DNA of 37,666 nt from contig ML992545.1 in assembly GCA_010093995.1 (NCBI GenBank), positions 1-37,666 on the forward strand, read 5' to 3'. Made by a program: the position numbers and the translations under genes. This stretch comes from Elsinoe ampelina (lineage: Eukaryota). The notes under the pieces are model-generated. The model saw nothing but the letters and a program-made list of their open reading frames with translations, had not been told where the DNA came from and searched no databases. Below, piece by piece: positions 23,342 to 34,738 of this stretch. Position 1 is the stretch's first letter, and every line of letters starts with the position of its first letter.

Positions 23342-24358
23342 TTATCCCAACCACCCCAACAACGCCCCATGAAAAGCCTCGGGATCCTCGACCTGCGGCG
23401 CATGCCCCAACTCCGCAAACGCAACCAACGTACACGCCGGAATCCTCGCACAAACCCGCGGCCCCAAAACATCATAATGCCCCAAGTCGGGCTTGACGCT
23501 ATCCGGCGCCCAAGTCTTGCCTATGGCAGTCGTGTCCTTGTCCCCCACGACCAACAGGGTTCGCGGGACGATGTTCCCCGCCTCGTAGACCCACGGCTGG
23601 GTGAAGACCATATCCGTGGTGGCGGCCATGTTGAAGGCGAATTTGGGGCCCTCGGGACCCTTGTAGATGCTCAGCAGCATGTTGACGGGGACGTCGTACT
23701 GGGGCAGCCAGTTGCCGTTGTAGTACGTCGATTGTTGGTAGGAGCGGATGCTGGTGTAGGAAGCGTTGAGCTCGGTGCGGTAGGATTTGTCGATGGGTTG
23801 GTAGGGGACGCCGAGGGAGAACCAGTCTTCGAGGCCGAGGGGGTCGACCATTATGAGGCGGGTGGTTTGCAGGGGGAACATGAGGGAGTAGCGGGCCGCG
23901 AGCATGCCGCCCATGGAGTGCCCCATTATGGTGGCGGAGGTGATGTTGAGGGAGAGGAGGAGGGAGTTGGTGTTGGAGGCGAGTTGGTGCAGGGTGAATT
24001 GGTAGGAGGAGGGTTTGGTGGATTTGCAGAAGCCGATTTGGTCGATGGCGACGACGCGGTAGTTGTTCGAGAGGAGGACGCGGATGGTGTCGTTCCAGGT
24101 GGCGGTGCAGAAGTTTTTGCCGTGCATGAGGACTATGGTGCCTTTTTGTTCTTCGGCGGCGCAGTCTGGGGAGACGTCCATGTAGGCCACTGACAGGTTT
24201 TGGGTTTGTGAAATGAAGTTGTAGAAATGAACCGGGAAGGGGTAGACAAAGTCGAGTCCATTGGCATAGCTGGAGTTTGCGGTCTGCGCTATGGCCACCG
24301 GCAATTGAGAGATGGTCGCAAGCACGACGGCAATGCTGCTGAAGATGGATACCTTCAT
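23342..24358 (-). CDS. Secreted alpha/beta hydrolase (esterase-like), ~338 aa
   Basis: Intronless. Signal-peptide-like MKVSIFSSIAVVLATISQLPVAIA, then LMHGKNF, DQIGFCKS, nucleophile elbow GHSMGG, GDKD and GHAPQVE. Confidence 0.88.
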   Translation of the reverse strand: MKVSIFSSIAVVLATISQLPVAIAQTANSSYANGLDFVYPFPVHFYNFISQTQNLSVAYMDVSPDCAAEEQKGTIVLMHGKNFCTATWNDTIRVLLSNNYRVVAIDQIGFCKSTKPSSYQFTLHQLASNTNSLLLSLNITSATIMGHSMGGMLAARYSLMFPLQTTRLIMVDPLGLEDWFSLGVPYQPIDKSYRTELNASYTSIRSYQQSTYYNGNWLPQYDVPVNMLLSIYKGPEGPKFAFNMAATTDMVFTQPWVYEAGNIVPRTLLVVGDKDTTAIGKTWAPDSVKPDLGHYDVLGPRVCARIPACTLVAFAELGHAPQVEDPEAFHGALLGWLG

Positions 24359-26090
24359 GGCTGGGGATTCAGCTTGTCGAAGGGACGCAATGCCTGGAGT
24401 TGAGACTGCTGTAGCGGAGGTTGAGCTCTGTGATTTTATTGATTTTCGGACAGGACGCCTTGCTTCAGGGTCTAGATGTAAATGGCGGGAGGTACTTTTC
24501 TGTATCGCATTCCTCCAATCGTACACCTTCCGGATGCTGAGTAGGCAGATTGCGTAGCGGAGCTGCTAGCCTTATTGGAGCGAAAATGAGGAGCAAAAGT
24601 CGCTTGACAGAAGCCGGCCGCACCTCAGGCCTTCAAGGGTCTGGTACCTATGGCCTGCGATATGCCGCTTCATCCTGGAAGTCACTGTCAAGGACCGCTG
24701 GCAATGATAGCCATCGACAAGTGTATCAGGGAAAACTCGAGTGGCCTTACCGTTGCTGTCACAAGCGATGCACTGCCCGGACTGCGTACTTGCCTTGGTG
24801 CTTCGCTGGCATCCTCGCCAGTACTTACTGGTTGGCAATTGACTGCGCTTGGAGAAAGGCCCTTCCTGTTGAAGAGACAAAAGAGGAAGAAGTTGTTATG
24901 AGAGCTGCCAGACCACTTTGCAGAGAGACCCTGCGAACGCGAAAACTACGCGTATAGGGCAAAGCGGCTCTTCTCCCAAAGTGTGGCTTGAACTGCTGAG
25001 AACAAGAAAGGAAAAAAGGATGACGGGATGATTTGTCGGAGACATCGGCCTCTTTTCGCTGTCCGGCTCTTGTTTCCCTCGTTTTTTCCTGCACGGAGAT
25101 GCGCGCTGACATCACGCCGACATCCGGGCAGTTTTTGCACAATTCTCAGCCTTGTTTGTCAGATTTGTCCCAGCTGAAATGAGGTGCTGTTGGCCTCCGC
25201 GGCATCCGATGGGACGTTCTCACAGTTGGCACAGTTCGCACAGAGTTCCTCACCCGGGCGACGGTTTCCAGAGATGAGCCCTACGAAAGGATATATGCTC
25301 GAGAGTCAGACCTGTCTCAAAGATGAACGACAAGAGTCAAGCCACTCGTTGAGCATCATACAGATGTCTACTGTACACAAGTTTGATCGACATTTGACAC
25401 AAAAATAGAGGCGTCTGACGGGTTCAGTAGCGCTTAGTTATTATTAAGCCCCGAGAGCGTGGGCCTTTGGGTGTGGGCTTGATGGGCTGACACGCCAGAA
25501 ACAGCCACAGCCATTTGCTCACAAGACGCTTTCCGCGGGTTACCGCCTTGATGTTGCAGAGGTGGTTTACTCGTTGCTGATACTCGTGATATATATACAG
25601 ACACTGAGGGAAAAGCGGGAGGGGAGTCTATTCCCAACTACCTAGGTAGTGATCAAAACAGAATCCACTCACCTCCTCCCATCGCCCGTGGTAACTGAAA
25701 ATCGGAGCAAAAAAAAATAGAGCATGGGTCAGTTTTGCTTTGACTCCCGAGTGAAGAAAGTAAGATTGGACTTGGCTTATGGCTGAAAGTAGAGGTCCAG
25801 AGGAATTAGGAATCAGGCCGACTCCGTCATTATTGCCTCTGTCTCTTTTGCTGCTGCGTTCCCCCGTTATACTTTGACCACTTGCGCCGTTTCCTCTCGC
25901 AACTGTGTGCATAATTCCCACGTTTCTCTGCTTCACCTCGCAAATATCAATCGTCCACAACACCTTCACCATTGCGCGACCTTTCTATCCACCACTGGAG
26001 TTGGCCCCGAGGCCAATCTCCTGACGAGGGACCCGCTCACACGACCCTCCTCCATACCCGCCGCATCCAGACATCACCCATACCGCAAAC

Positions 26091-27490
26091 ATGCCCTCGT
26101 CACAATACTTCTCCCTCTCGCCGAATGAAGACTCGACGCAGCGATTCTTCACGCGCGCAAAGCTCCCGCTGTCATGGCCGTCCATGCCCACCATAGTTCC
26201 TCACCGCTTCCGCCGCAAGTTCCGCTCCACGAGATCAAAGATACGGAGCCGCCAGAGTCCCACATCCTCCATCACCTCTCTGCAGACCTCCTTCAACCCA
26301 GCAAACACGCTCAAGTCGCTCCGGACGCATCAATGGTCATACTATGACGCGCAATACCTCCTCATCGCAGTCATCGGCATCTTCTCACTCTGTATCATTC
26401 AATCGCCGGGACCATTGGTCAAGACCATGATCGCGACAGCATTAATGACCTCATTGATACTTCCAATCACGCGACAATTCTTCCTGCCATTCTTGCCCAT
26501 CGCAACATGGTTGATTTTCTGGTTCTCAAACCAGTGAGTGTCTTGTCTAATCGTAATTCAACCACAAGGCTGACCTCCCGCAGATTCATCTCGGGCGAAT
26601 ACCGACCTCCCATCTGGGTCCGAGTATTGCCAGCCCTCGAGAACATCCTGTACGGCGCGAACCTCAGTAATATCCTTTCCGCACACAAAGCCACAGTCCT
26701 CGACATCTTAGCCTGGCTGCCATACGGCATGACGCATTTCGGCGCGCCTTTTGTCTGCTCCGCCCTCATCTTCTTCTTTGGTCCACCAGGCAGCACGCCT
26801 GTGTTTGCAAGAGCATTTGGATACATGAACTTGATTGGCGTCATCATCCAGTTTCTCTTCCCTTGCGCACCGCCCTGGTACGAGAACTTGTACGGCCTGG
26901 CCCCTGCAAACTACTCGATGCCAGGCTCGCCCGCCGGTCTTGCAGCTATCGACAAGCTGTTTGGCGTAGACATGTACACTTCAAGCTTCACCGCCTCGCC
27001 TGTGGTTTTTGGAGCGTTCCCGTCCCTGCATTCCGGGTCAGCCGTCATCGAAGCTCTGTTCATGAGCTATTTCTTCCCCAAGCTTCGACCTCTCTTCGTT
27101 GTTTACTCTCTCTGGCTCTGGTGGGCGACCATGTACCTTTCCCACCACTACGCAGTAGATCTTGCAGGCGGCGCGCTACTTTCCACGGCAGTGTATCTCA
27201 TCGCCCGAGCAAAGTTTCTTCCTCGCCTGCAGCCTGGCAAGATGTTCCGATGGGACTACGACTATGTCGAGTATGGCGAGACCAAGCGGGATCACGGCTA
27301 CTACGGTCTCGCCGACTTTGACGACGACTTCATGCACCCGGACAGCGACGAGTGGACCATCGGGTCGTCCTCATCCATCGCGTCCAGCAGTCGCAGCCCC
27401 TCAATCGGCGGCAGGAGCCCGACTGAAGATGGATCTTCGTGGGACGGCGATACTCTCGCTTCCCACTCGGATGGAGAATACAAATCATGA
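26091..27490 (+). CDS. AUR1: Inositol phosphorylceramide synthase (aureobasidin A target), ~449 aa
   Basis: Exons 26091-26533 and 26584-27490. Motifs RPPIWVRVLPALENILYG, APPWYENLYG, FGAFPSLHSG and TMYLSHHYAVDL. Confidence 0.96.
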
Positions 27491-28285
27491 TTGTAAATCG
27501 TGTGCATTTTTTTTTGGCTACACATATCCCAGCACGTGTTTTGGGAGCTACGCAACACGACAGCATAGCACGGCGTTATAAGGAATTGAGCATACAGCGC
27601 ATCTCGCCACCCTCTTGAATGGCATTTCATGCAACATTTGGCACGCTTCAGATCTCCGGCCGTATCAGTGCGATCGACCAGGGACGTAATCTTCACTATA
27701 GACTCCGGGGTAGATTTCATCTGTCAGAGTAGTGCCACTCGCTTGAGGGAATCGAGCAATTCGACAGTTCGAGAAGACGAGAAGACGAGAATGCCAAGGG
27801 ATATGCCTCGGAAGATTGGCATCAGCATGGATGGACAGGGGGACTTTTCACTTCGGATCATGATACCCCAATTTTCACTCGCTCAGACGGGGGATTTGGA
27901 CGCGGGCTTGGGAAGAGGACAGAGAGGCAAGGTGTACTATACGCTCGCTTGACGCAGAGAAGATGGCTGCTGCAACAGTAGCACATATAGTGATAATTTA
28001 ATTATTCCATCAAGCCTCCCTCTTGGGATTGCAAACCTTGTCGCTTGACTCGAGTTCTGAAATCGGCACAATCTGGATGATGCAACAACATAATGGCACT
28101 CTCCAGCAAGCCACGAGCAGATTACTACTCCCTCCGGCATAATCACAACAATATGATATCCAGACCACAAGCCCAAAGTTCAACACCGCCGATCCATCTC
28201 CTCCAGATCTCCCAGATCTGCAGATCCGCGGATCACCCGCCGCCCTACCAAACTCTGATACCAACCACACCCTCTGCGCTTCGCG

Positions 28286-28563
28286 TCAATCCTTGGTCAC
28301 CTCAGCAAACACCACCAACACAGCGGAATACCTGTCCTCTCCGTCAGTGTCTGTCAAACTTCCCATGGACTCGATGAACTAGGAAGGGATCCATACGTGG
28401 CAACAGCAACGAACAACTCGCTCCTCTTGCAGTTGGTGAAGATCCCCACGAGAATGGCGAACGTCATGGTGAAGCACCCGATCATGACCATGCGGTCGGC
28501 TTTGGAGAGGTTGGTGACGAGGGTCAGGATGGCGGTGGCGCCGAAGAGGAGGATGAATGCCAT
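28286..28563 (-). pseudogene. Orphan third copy of the DUF6594-like C-terminal transmembrane cassette (70 aa if translated); relic or small gene
   Basis: Exons 28563-28397 and 28331-28286 with an intact intron (GTATGG...CTGAC...CAG) at the same position as in both full paralogs. Translation: MAFILLFGATAILTLVTNLSKADRMVMIGCFTMTFAILVGIFTNCKRSELFVAVATYSAVLVVFAEVTKD*. No N-terminal domain. Confidence 0.7.
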
Positions 28564-28598
28564 TGACGAAACGTCTTGTGTAGAGCTACGTGCGTACC

Positions 28599-29581
28599 TC
28601 ATTTTTGCGTGACCTCGGCGAACACTACAAGCACGGCGGAGTATCTGCAACAACTATCAGTATCAATCTTCTCGATTTCAGGGGATCCTGCAGACGTTGC
28701 GACAGCCACAAAGAGCTCACTCCGCTTGCAGTTGGTAAATATGCCGATCAGCGATGCGAATGTTGTGGTAAAGCCACCAATGATGGCCATGCGCTCCGCG
28801 CGCGAGACAGTGGAGGCAAATGTGAGCACGGCAGTTGCGCCAAACAGCAGGATTACCGCAATGATCACACTCACTATGGAGGTCACCACCCGAGTCGCCT
28901 GGTCATTGTAGAACTGTAGTGGTGGCCATTCCTCAGGGAGCTGCCTTTTCTCTCTCTTCTCGCGGAAACACCAACCGAACATAGCATGAACGATTCTGGA
29001 CAATAGGTCATCCTCTGAGCCGCCTCTATGCAGACTCACGAATTGACTACGGTCCTTGAACATCATCTGGAAGTCATAGGCTGGTTCACGTTGTTCTGCC
29101 CAGGCAGCTGCGGTGTCAAAAATGTGCTGCTTAGGGAAAGGAAGCTGCATCAACGCACTGTGGTTGATCAGCGCTCTCTCTGCTCAGCATATCAGAGCCC
29201 ATTCGAGATAGCAGAACGAATGGGTAGCATCTTACGATAGCGGTCCATCACTTCCTCGATTCGTTTGGCAAGCCGCAGTTTCAAATACCAGCGATTAGCC
29301 CCGGATTCATCGACTGTGGCAAGCTGCTCGAAACATGCCCAGCTTCTGTTCGCATTCTGAATGTCCAGCCTCTCTCCAGTAGATGCTTTCTGGATCAATT
29401 CCTTCTCCCCTATATCAAAGATCTCGAGCTCCTTCTCCAATGCCTGTAATTGAGCGGAAAGGTGAACTAGGTTGCGTACCGAGAGATCAGCATATCGAGG
29501 GAAGTTGGCAAAACTGGCCACCAGCGATAGAAACTTTGAGTATTCGCAATGACCTTGGCTATAAGCTTGTGGGCTGGACAT
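28599..29581 (-). CDS. DUF6594-like membrane protein, copy A, ~291 aa
   Basis: Exons 29581-29236, 29179-28696 and 28644-28599. N-terminal FPRYADLSVRNLVHLSAQLQALEKEL resembles the DUF6594 'F.RF..L..RNLL..Q.EL..LE..L' pattern. Three hydrophobic C-terminal segments end in KRSELFVAVATYSAVLVVF. Confidence 0.8.
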
Positions 29582-30049
29582 GGCAGATTGAAGCCCAGAT
29601 TCGTCGTCCGGCTTTCGGGATGGCCGCAAATATGAGATGGCAATGCCTTGCGTGTGGTGCACAACTACGACGGTGACTATGGCAGGTGTCGCTGGCTTGT
29701 GAGCTCTCGTCTCAGCTTTTGCCTGAAATTCAGGCAGAACGGACTAATGCAAGCCACATCACGCCAAGCGCCGCCGCGCTGACACCCATGAGCTGACGTC
29801 GCTTCTCGGCTGGCGACAGCTGCACTGCGACACATCAGACTAGCCGGAATCAAGGCTTTCAAGTCTCTACTTTTTCGTGCCTTTCTCTTGCTGCCCGACA
29901 TTCGAGGCGAAGGTAACGCCAGGAGGGTAGCCCTTCAAGAGAAGTCGTGGCTTAGTTGTCATTACTGCTGATCATTTGATTATTGCTGTTGCAAACCCCG
30001 GCGCCAACAGGTCGCAGACGAAGGAGATCTGGACATCATCGCCTATCGA

Positions 30050-31323
30050 ATGATGATACCCGGAAGCATTCGAGGGAAACGAGTCATAGCAATGTCCGAC
30101 ACAGGTTCCACGATCAACATAATCGAAACAGGAATTGCTCGCAGCCTGGATCTCAGGATCATGCCCTACAACAAGTACAGGTATGGACATGTTTACACCA
30201 TGACTGGTGACGAGATTCAATGCGTCGGCGTCGCACATTTTGCCTGGACGTTTCCCGGACAATCCATTATATGGGAAGACTTCTTCCATGTAGTCGATGG
30301 ATTCCCGGGACCAATGGCGCTCGGCGCCCCCTTCCTTCGGATGACTGGGGTGGTGCTTTCTCCTCCTGAGAAACACCTACGTTCGAGCGCTAGTGTTCGT
30401 CAGTGCTGCGAACAAAAGCCCGATCCTCGTCACCACGAAAACAGTGCTCTCAGCAGGACCCAATTTACGTCCGTACTGCCCACCATACCAATCCAGTTTG
30501 CAAGCGGCATTGTGCGAGCTCTTGTGGACACTGGAAGCGAGGTTAACGTCATGACTGCTCAATTTGCGGTTGAGAACGATTACGATGTCCGCCTTGCGTC
30601 CAAGACTTTAGTGCTTGCCACCGGGCAAGAGATAATGACTGAGGGCTTCGTTGAAGTCAAGCTTACAACATCAATTTCAGGACTTCGAAATGGAGCGCTG
30701 GTGGCGAACCCTTGTCATCGTGACTACCCAGTCATTCACAGCCACTCCGTTATCTTCGAAATCATTCCACGGTCATTCTGCAAGGTTGTGCTAGGTACTT
30801 CTGTAGTGCGACGCCTCAGGCAGCGAGAGCTCGTCCAGTGGAACGATAGCCCCTTGATCCGCTTCGAATGGTTGGATCTCGACGTCAATATCCTGGGAAG
30901 ATCGAGAAATGACGAAGCTGAAGTTCCCATCCACTTCTGCAACGCCTTATTCAACCCTCCGACGAAGAAGCTCAGTCGCCTTCTCGTTCGCTTCAGAAAA
31001 CGCTTAAAGCCACTCATTATCAGAAGAATGCTAAGACCACATCACCGACCCCTCATCCTGTCGATCTAGTCGCCGATATACAGAGATTGGACGACGAAGA
31101 GGGACGACGACGCTACCTTCATGTCGTCAAACGAGCAACCATGGCCAGCCGCGACAAGGAGAAGGCTGACAAGGAAGACGAGCTTGCGCGTCTTCATTAC
31201 GAGCACCGCAGGGCACAGCTTCTGCCCACCAGTCCGCCGACTGCTCTGCTTGTTAGCAGCGCCTCTCCTTCTCCTGTGGCGACAGTGACGCCACCGTCAA
31301 GTACTTCTGCCTCGCAAAATTGA
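30050..31323 (+). CDS. Tandem double retropepsin-like aspartic protease, copy 1; C-terminal tail is in another frame (frameshift or short intron)
   Basis: ORF 30050-31069 has AMSDTGSTIN (30098)...MALGAPFL and ALVDTGSEVN (30527)...VVLGTSVV. The tail homologous to protease 2 (DIQRLDDEEGRRR...YEHRRAQLL) is in a different frame ending at 31323. Confidence 0.72.
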
Positions 31324-31898
31324 GGGCTGTCATTAATCGATCATTTCAATCCAAGGGGCGGTATCAATATCTGCTGAGTGGTCTCCAAACAGAGGTTGTC
31401 AATGTTGACGCATGGAGAAGGATGACTATTCAAGTCTACACTTCACACTTCGCTATGCAATGAATCTTCTCGGTGATATCTCGGCTGACTGGGGTAACAC
31501 TATGAACGAGGTGATTGGACAAATGAACAGCACCATCCATGCTTGAGCAAGCACGTACGTTGGGTCTGAGTTCATGAGTAGTCAGAGATTGTTCGTTGTC
31601 AGGAGGCTGGTCAAACTTATTTCCCACCATTTCAAGCGCACTTCCATACCCTGTCTGCACGTAGAGGTCATCGCTGCTCCCTACTTGCTCAGGAAAAGCC
31701 ATTCTGGAGCGGAACAAGGACGGACAGCCTTCACTTCTCCAGATAGAACAGATTGAGATTCTCAGCTACAGCCGCGACTCTGCCAACTTTCTGATACGGC
31801 AAGGGTTGCGTCCAAACTCCTCATGCAACGCTATGCTGCCAGGGCCGAGCAATTCAGGACCACAAACCAATCACGTCTGCAATAACGGCGATTCTCAA

Positions 31899-32021
31899 TC
31901 ACGCCAAGTTCCGCCTAAAGAACCCCGTCAACAGCCCCCAAGGAATCAGCTCCGTCCTATCATACAAATCCACATGCCCCGCCCCCTCGACCCAACACAA
32001 CTCCTTCGGCTCCCCTCGCCC
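31899..32021 (-). pseudogene. C-terminal relic of a YcjY-like alpha/beta hydrolase
   Basis: Translates to GRGEPKELCWVEGAGHVDLYDRTELIPWGLLTGFFRRNLA*, matching the 'EPKEL....GA.HVDLYDR..LIP...L..FF...L' C-terminus with the catalytic His. There is an in-frame stop just upstream, and the rest of the gene is not recognisable. Confidence 0.7.
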
Positions 32022-32406
32022 TCTCGCATCATGTCAGCCTATCAATAACACTATATTAGCGTCTACGGTGTAGAGCTTCACATTTTGGCCGAATACGGAA
32101 GTCAACACATCATACGGATCCACCGGTCTGGTCGGCGATTTCTTGCCACCTCCAGTGACTGCAATCCCGATTTGAGCATCCGCGGTGCGTGTCTATCGTG
32201 GATAGATCGGTGGTAGTCGTTTCCAGATGAGGTAACCGATCGAAGAATGTACGCTGCAATAGTCTATGCTCCTGAAACTGGTCTCCGCTGCTGAGCGTCC
32301 GCGGAATCTAGCCACCTTATGTACCAAAACACACAAAATCGGTCCTCCTCATACGACGATGACAATAGGAACAAAAACAAACAGATCCAACATGCTCTCC
32401 AGATCC

Positions 32407-34738
32407 CTAGTCGCCACCACACAAAGCAGCCAATCTAGCTTCAAAAAGCTGCAAGTCAATCTCATTCTCCCGCTTCGCCCTGGCGATCTCCACGGGATCG
32501 TCCAGCGTCGCAACGTATCTGGCGTACTGTGCCATGCGGCGACTCTCCTGTCTTTTGAGCTCTCTGATGGCGTTTCGCTGTATGGATTCTTGTGATCCCT
32601 GTGTCGAGGATGGAGCCTGTGGAGCTTCCGCGTGGGGTCTCTCAAAAAGGCTCCAGATGCCATTGAAGGGCTGCGTGTAGATTGCATGTATGGATGGTGT
32701 AGGGGGCGGGGGGGTTGGTTCGAGCGGCCTCGAAGCTGATGGGTTATCGCCGAGAGGGTTCGGATGAAGCGGTAGGTATACGTGGTGGATGCCAACGCGG
32801 GAGATGACCTCGCGACCGACGACGACGCCAAACATGCAATGCTTGAGCACGTCGAATTGGATCTCTGTATCCTCGCAGACGTGCCCCGCGGACGACTCAC
32901 GTTCTTCATGCATGTCTTCGGGGTCATCTTGGTCTGGCGTCCCTTCTCTGAAGCCGTCGCCGTGACCTTCGAAGGCTAGGTCTGAAATCTGCGACCATGG
33001 GATGAGCACAACACCTTCGGTGGTCTCTTGTGACCCATCGGCAATCCTGATCGGCCGGATTGGTGCTTTGAGCGGGCCAAGCTGGTTCGCGAGCATGAAG
33101 GGTAGGGACATGATGTTTGTGGACGCTCCCGTATCCGCAATTGCCTCCACCTCATTGTTTTGGAATGTGAGGTGCAGCGTCGGAAATTGAGCGGTAGGTT
33201 CTGCCTGAAATGCTCCGAATGGTCGAAACGATCTCTTTGACTGGCGCTTGCATATCCTCCTCTTGTGTTGCGTGAGTGTCCCAGTGGTACACAATGCCGG
33301 ATACCCGATGATGACATCGCTGGGGCTCCCCTCGATAACGAAGAAGCGCAAGGTGAAAGGTAGGGATTCCTCGCCGTGGAATCTCCACTCTGCCTCCACC
33401 CAGCCTGCGCACGATATGTGCCGACCAGTGAGAGTCTGAATCATGACACGTTCCCCATCCTCGAATTGTGCGAGTTGTATTCCTTGTTGCCTTGCGTACT
33501 GGATCGACATGGTGTTGATCGAGGAAGCTGTATCCGGAAGAGCAACGACAGCATGATTGTTGATAGAACCCGGTAGCTCAAGGCTATAGCCAACGGCACA
33601 GACACATTTTCGTTCAGCCTCTTGACCTCGGGCAGGTACCAGAGCTCGTACTTCAATCGCGGGATTGAAGCCTCCAACATCGGCGAGCAGGAGGGCAAGC
33701 TGTTCGTCTTTGGGCTGCGCCAGGCTACTTGCTTCATCGTCTTTTGATGTGCTTGTGTTGTCTCCATTTACATCAACATGGGAAGTCTGTACCAGTAACC
33801 CTTCCAGCAAGTCGCCAGTCACTGGCCATGTGTGATGGGGTTTGGCTGCACTTTTGAGCACTCCATCTGAAGACTGTTCGGACCGAGAATCGCTGTCATC
33901 AGCAAACGAGGTTGGTCTGGTGCCATCTGAACATCGTCAGCCACCCAGCCAGATTCACACAGATTGTCATGCTGGTACTTGATCTGTCTCCGCCCGACTT
34001 GCTGGTCAGGTTTGAATGAGTCACTGAGCTCACACTACCTGGTCCGTGTGAAGATGACGTTGACGAATTGAAGCGTAGCGACGGTGGAAGGCTGAATGCT
34101 CTGTTCCGATCTGAACGAGATCTAGAGGCATATTCGAGGAGACTTGACTTCCGCTTATCCTCTTCTTGAGAGCCATGCTGCACCTCCAAAGAGTCTTTAG
34201 GGCGAGCAGGTGGCCGCAAGAACGAGACCTGAAGAGAGACTGGCTGACGGCCGGTGCGAAGGCTCCAAGGCGGTTCATCAGCGTCTCTGAGTAGCGAGGT
34301 ATCGGTAGAGGGCGGCTCAAGAGGGCTATTGTGGTGGAGATGTCCAGCCAATCCAGATATACCGCGGTCGCTTTCGATCGTGCTGATGCCAGCGACATGT
34401 TGGTAGTGTACCACGGGGCTGTCATTGGCATTGTTTCGTCCATTGATCGACGCCTCCAGCGGCGCCCTCGTCTCTCCTGGTAGGACGAATCGATCATTTG
34501 CGAAGAGTCGAGGCACATCCAGTGCCACCGGACTTGCCGTGAGTAGCAAGTCTTCGTGGTTGGATTCGTGCCATGTGCCATGGCCTGTAGTCTGCACTGC
34601 AAGGGTGACTCTTTTGTTGACTGACTCGAGAGGAGGACTGGTCGACGATGACGCAGCAGCAGCATCACCACAGACCGTGTCTGAGATTCTGTCGGTCTCT
34701 TCAAGTGCCTCAGAATGGCTCCTCTTGTGCGATGTCAT
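32407..34738 (-). CDS. Tandem double retropepsin-like aspartic protease, copy 2, with long Ser-rich N-terminal extension, ~759 aa
   Basis: Exons 34738-33979 and 33926-32407, joined by a 52-nt intron (GTACCA...CTGAC...CAG) in matching phase. Motifs ALPDTASSIN (33534)...VIIGYPAL and AIADTGASTN (33135)...VVVGREVI, then a charged helical tail. An upstream in-frame ATG at 34906 is an alternative start. Confidence 0.78.

Noticed and set aside
31436..31756. Short ORFs between the convergent proteases
   Set aside because: No recognisable motif or convincing splice structure.
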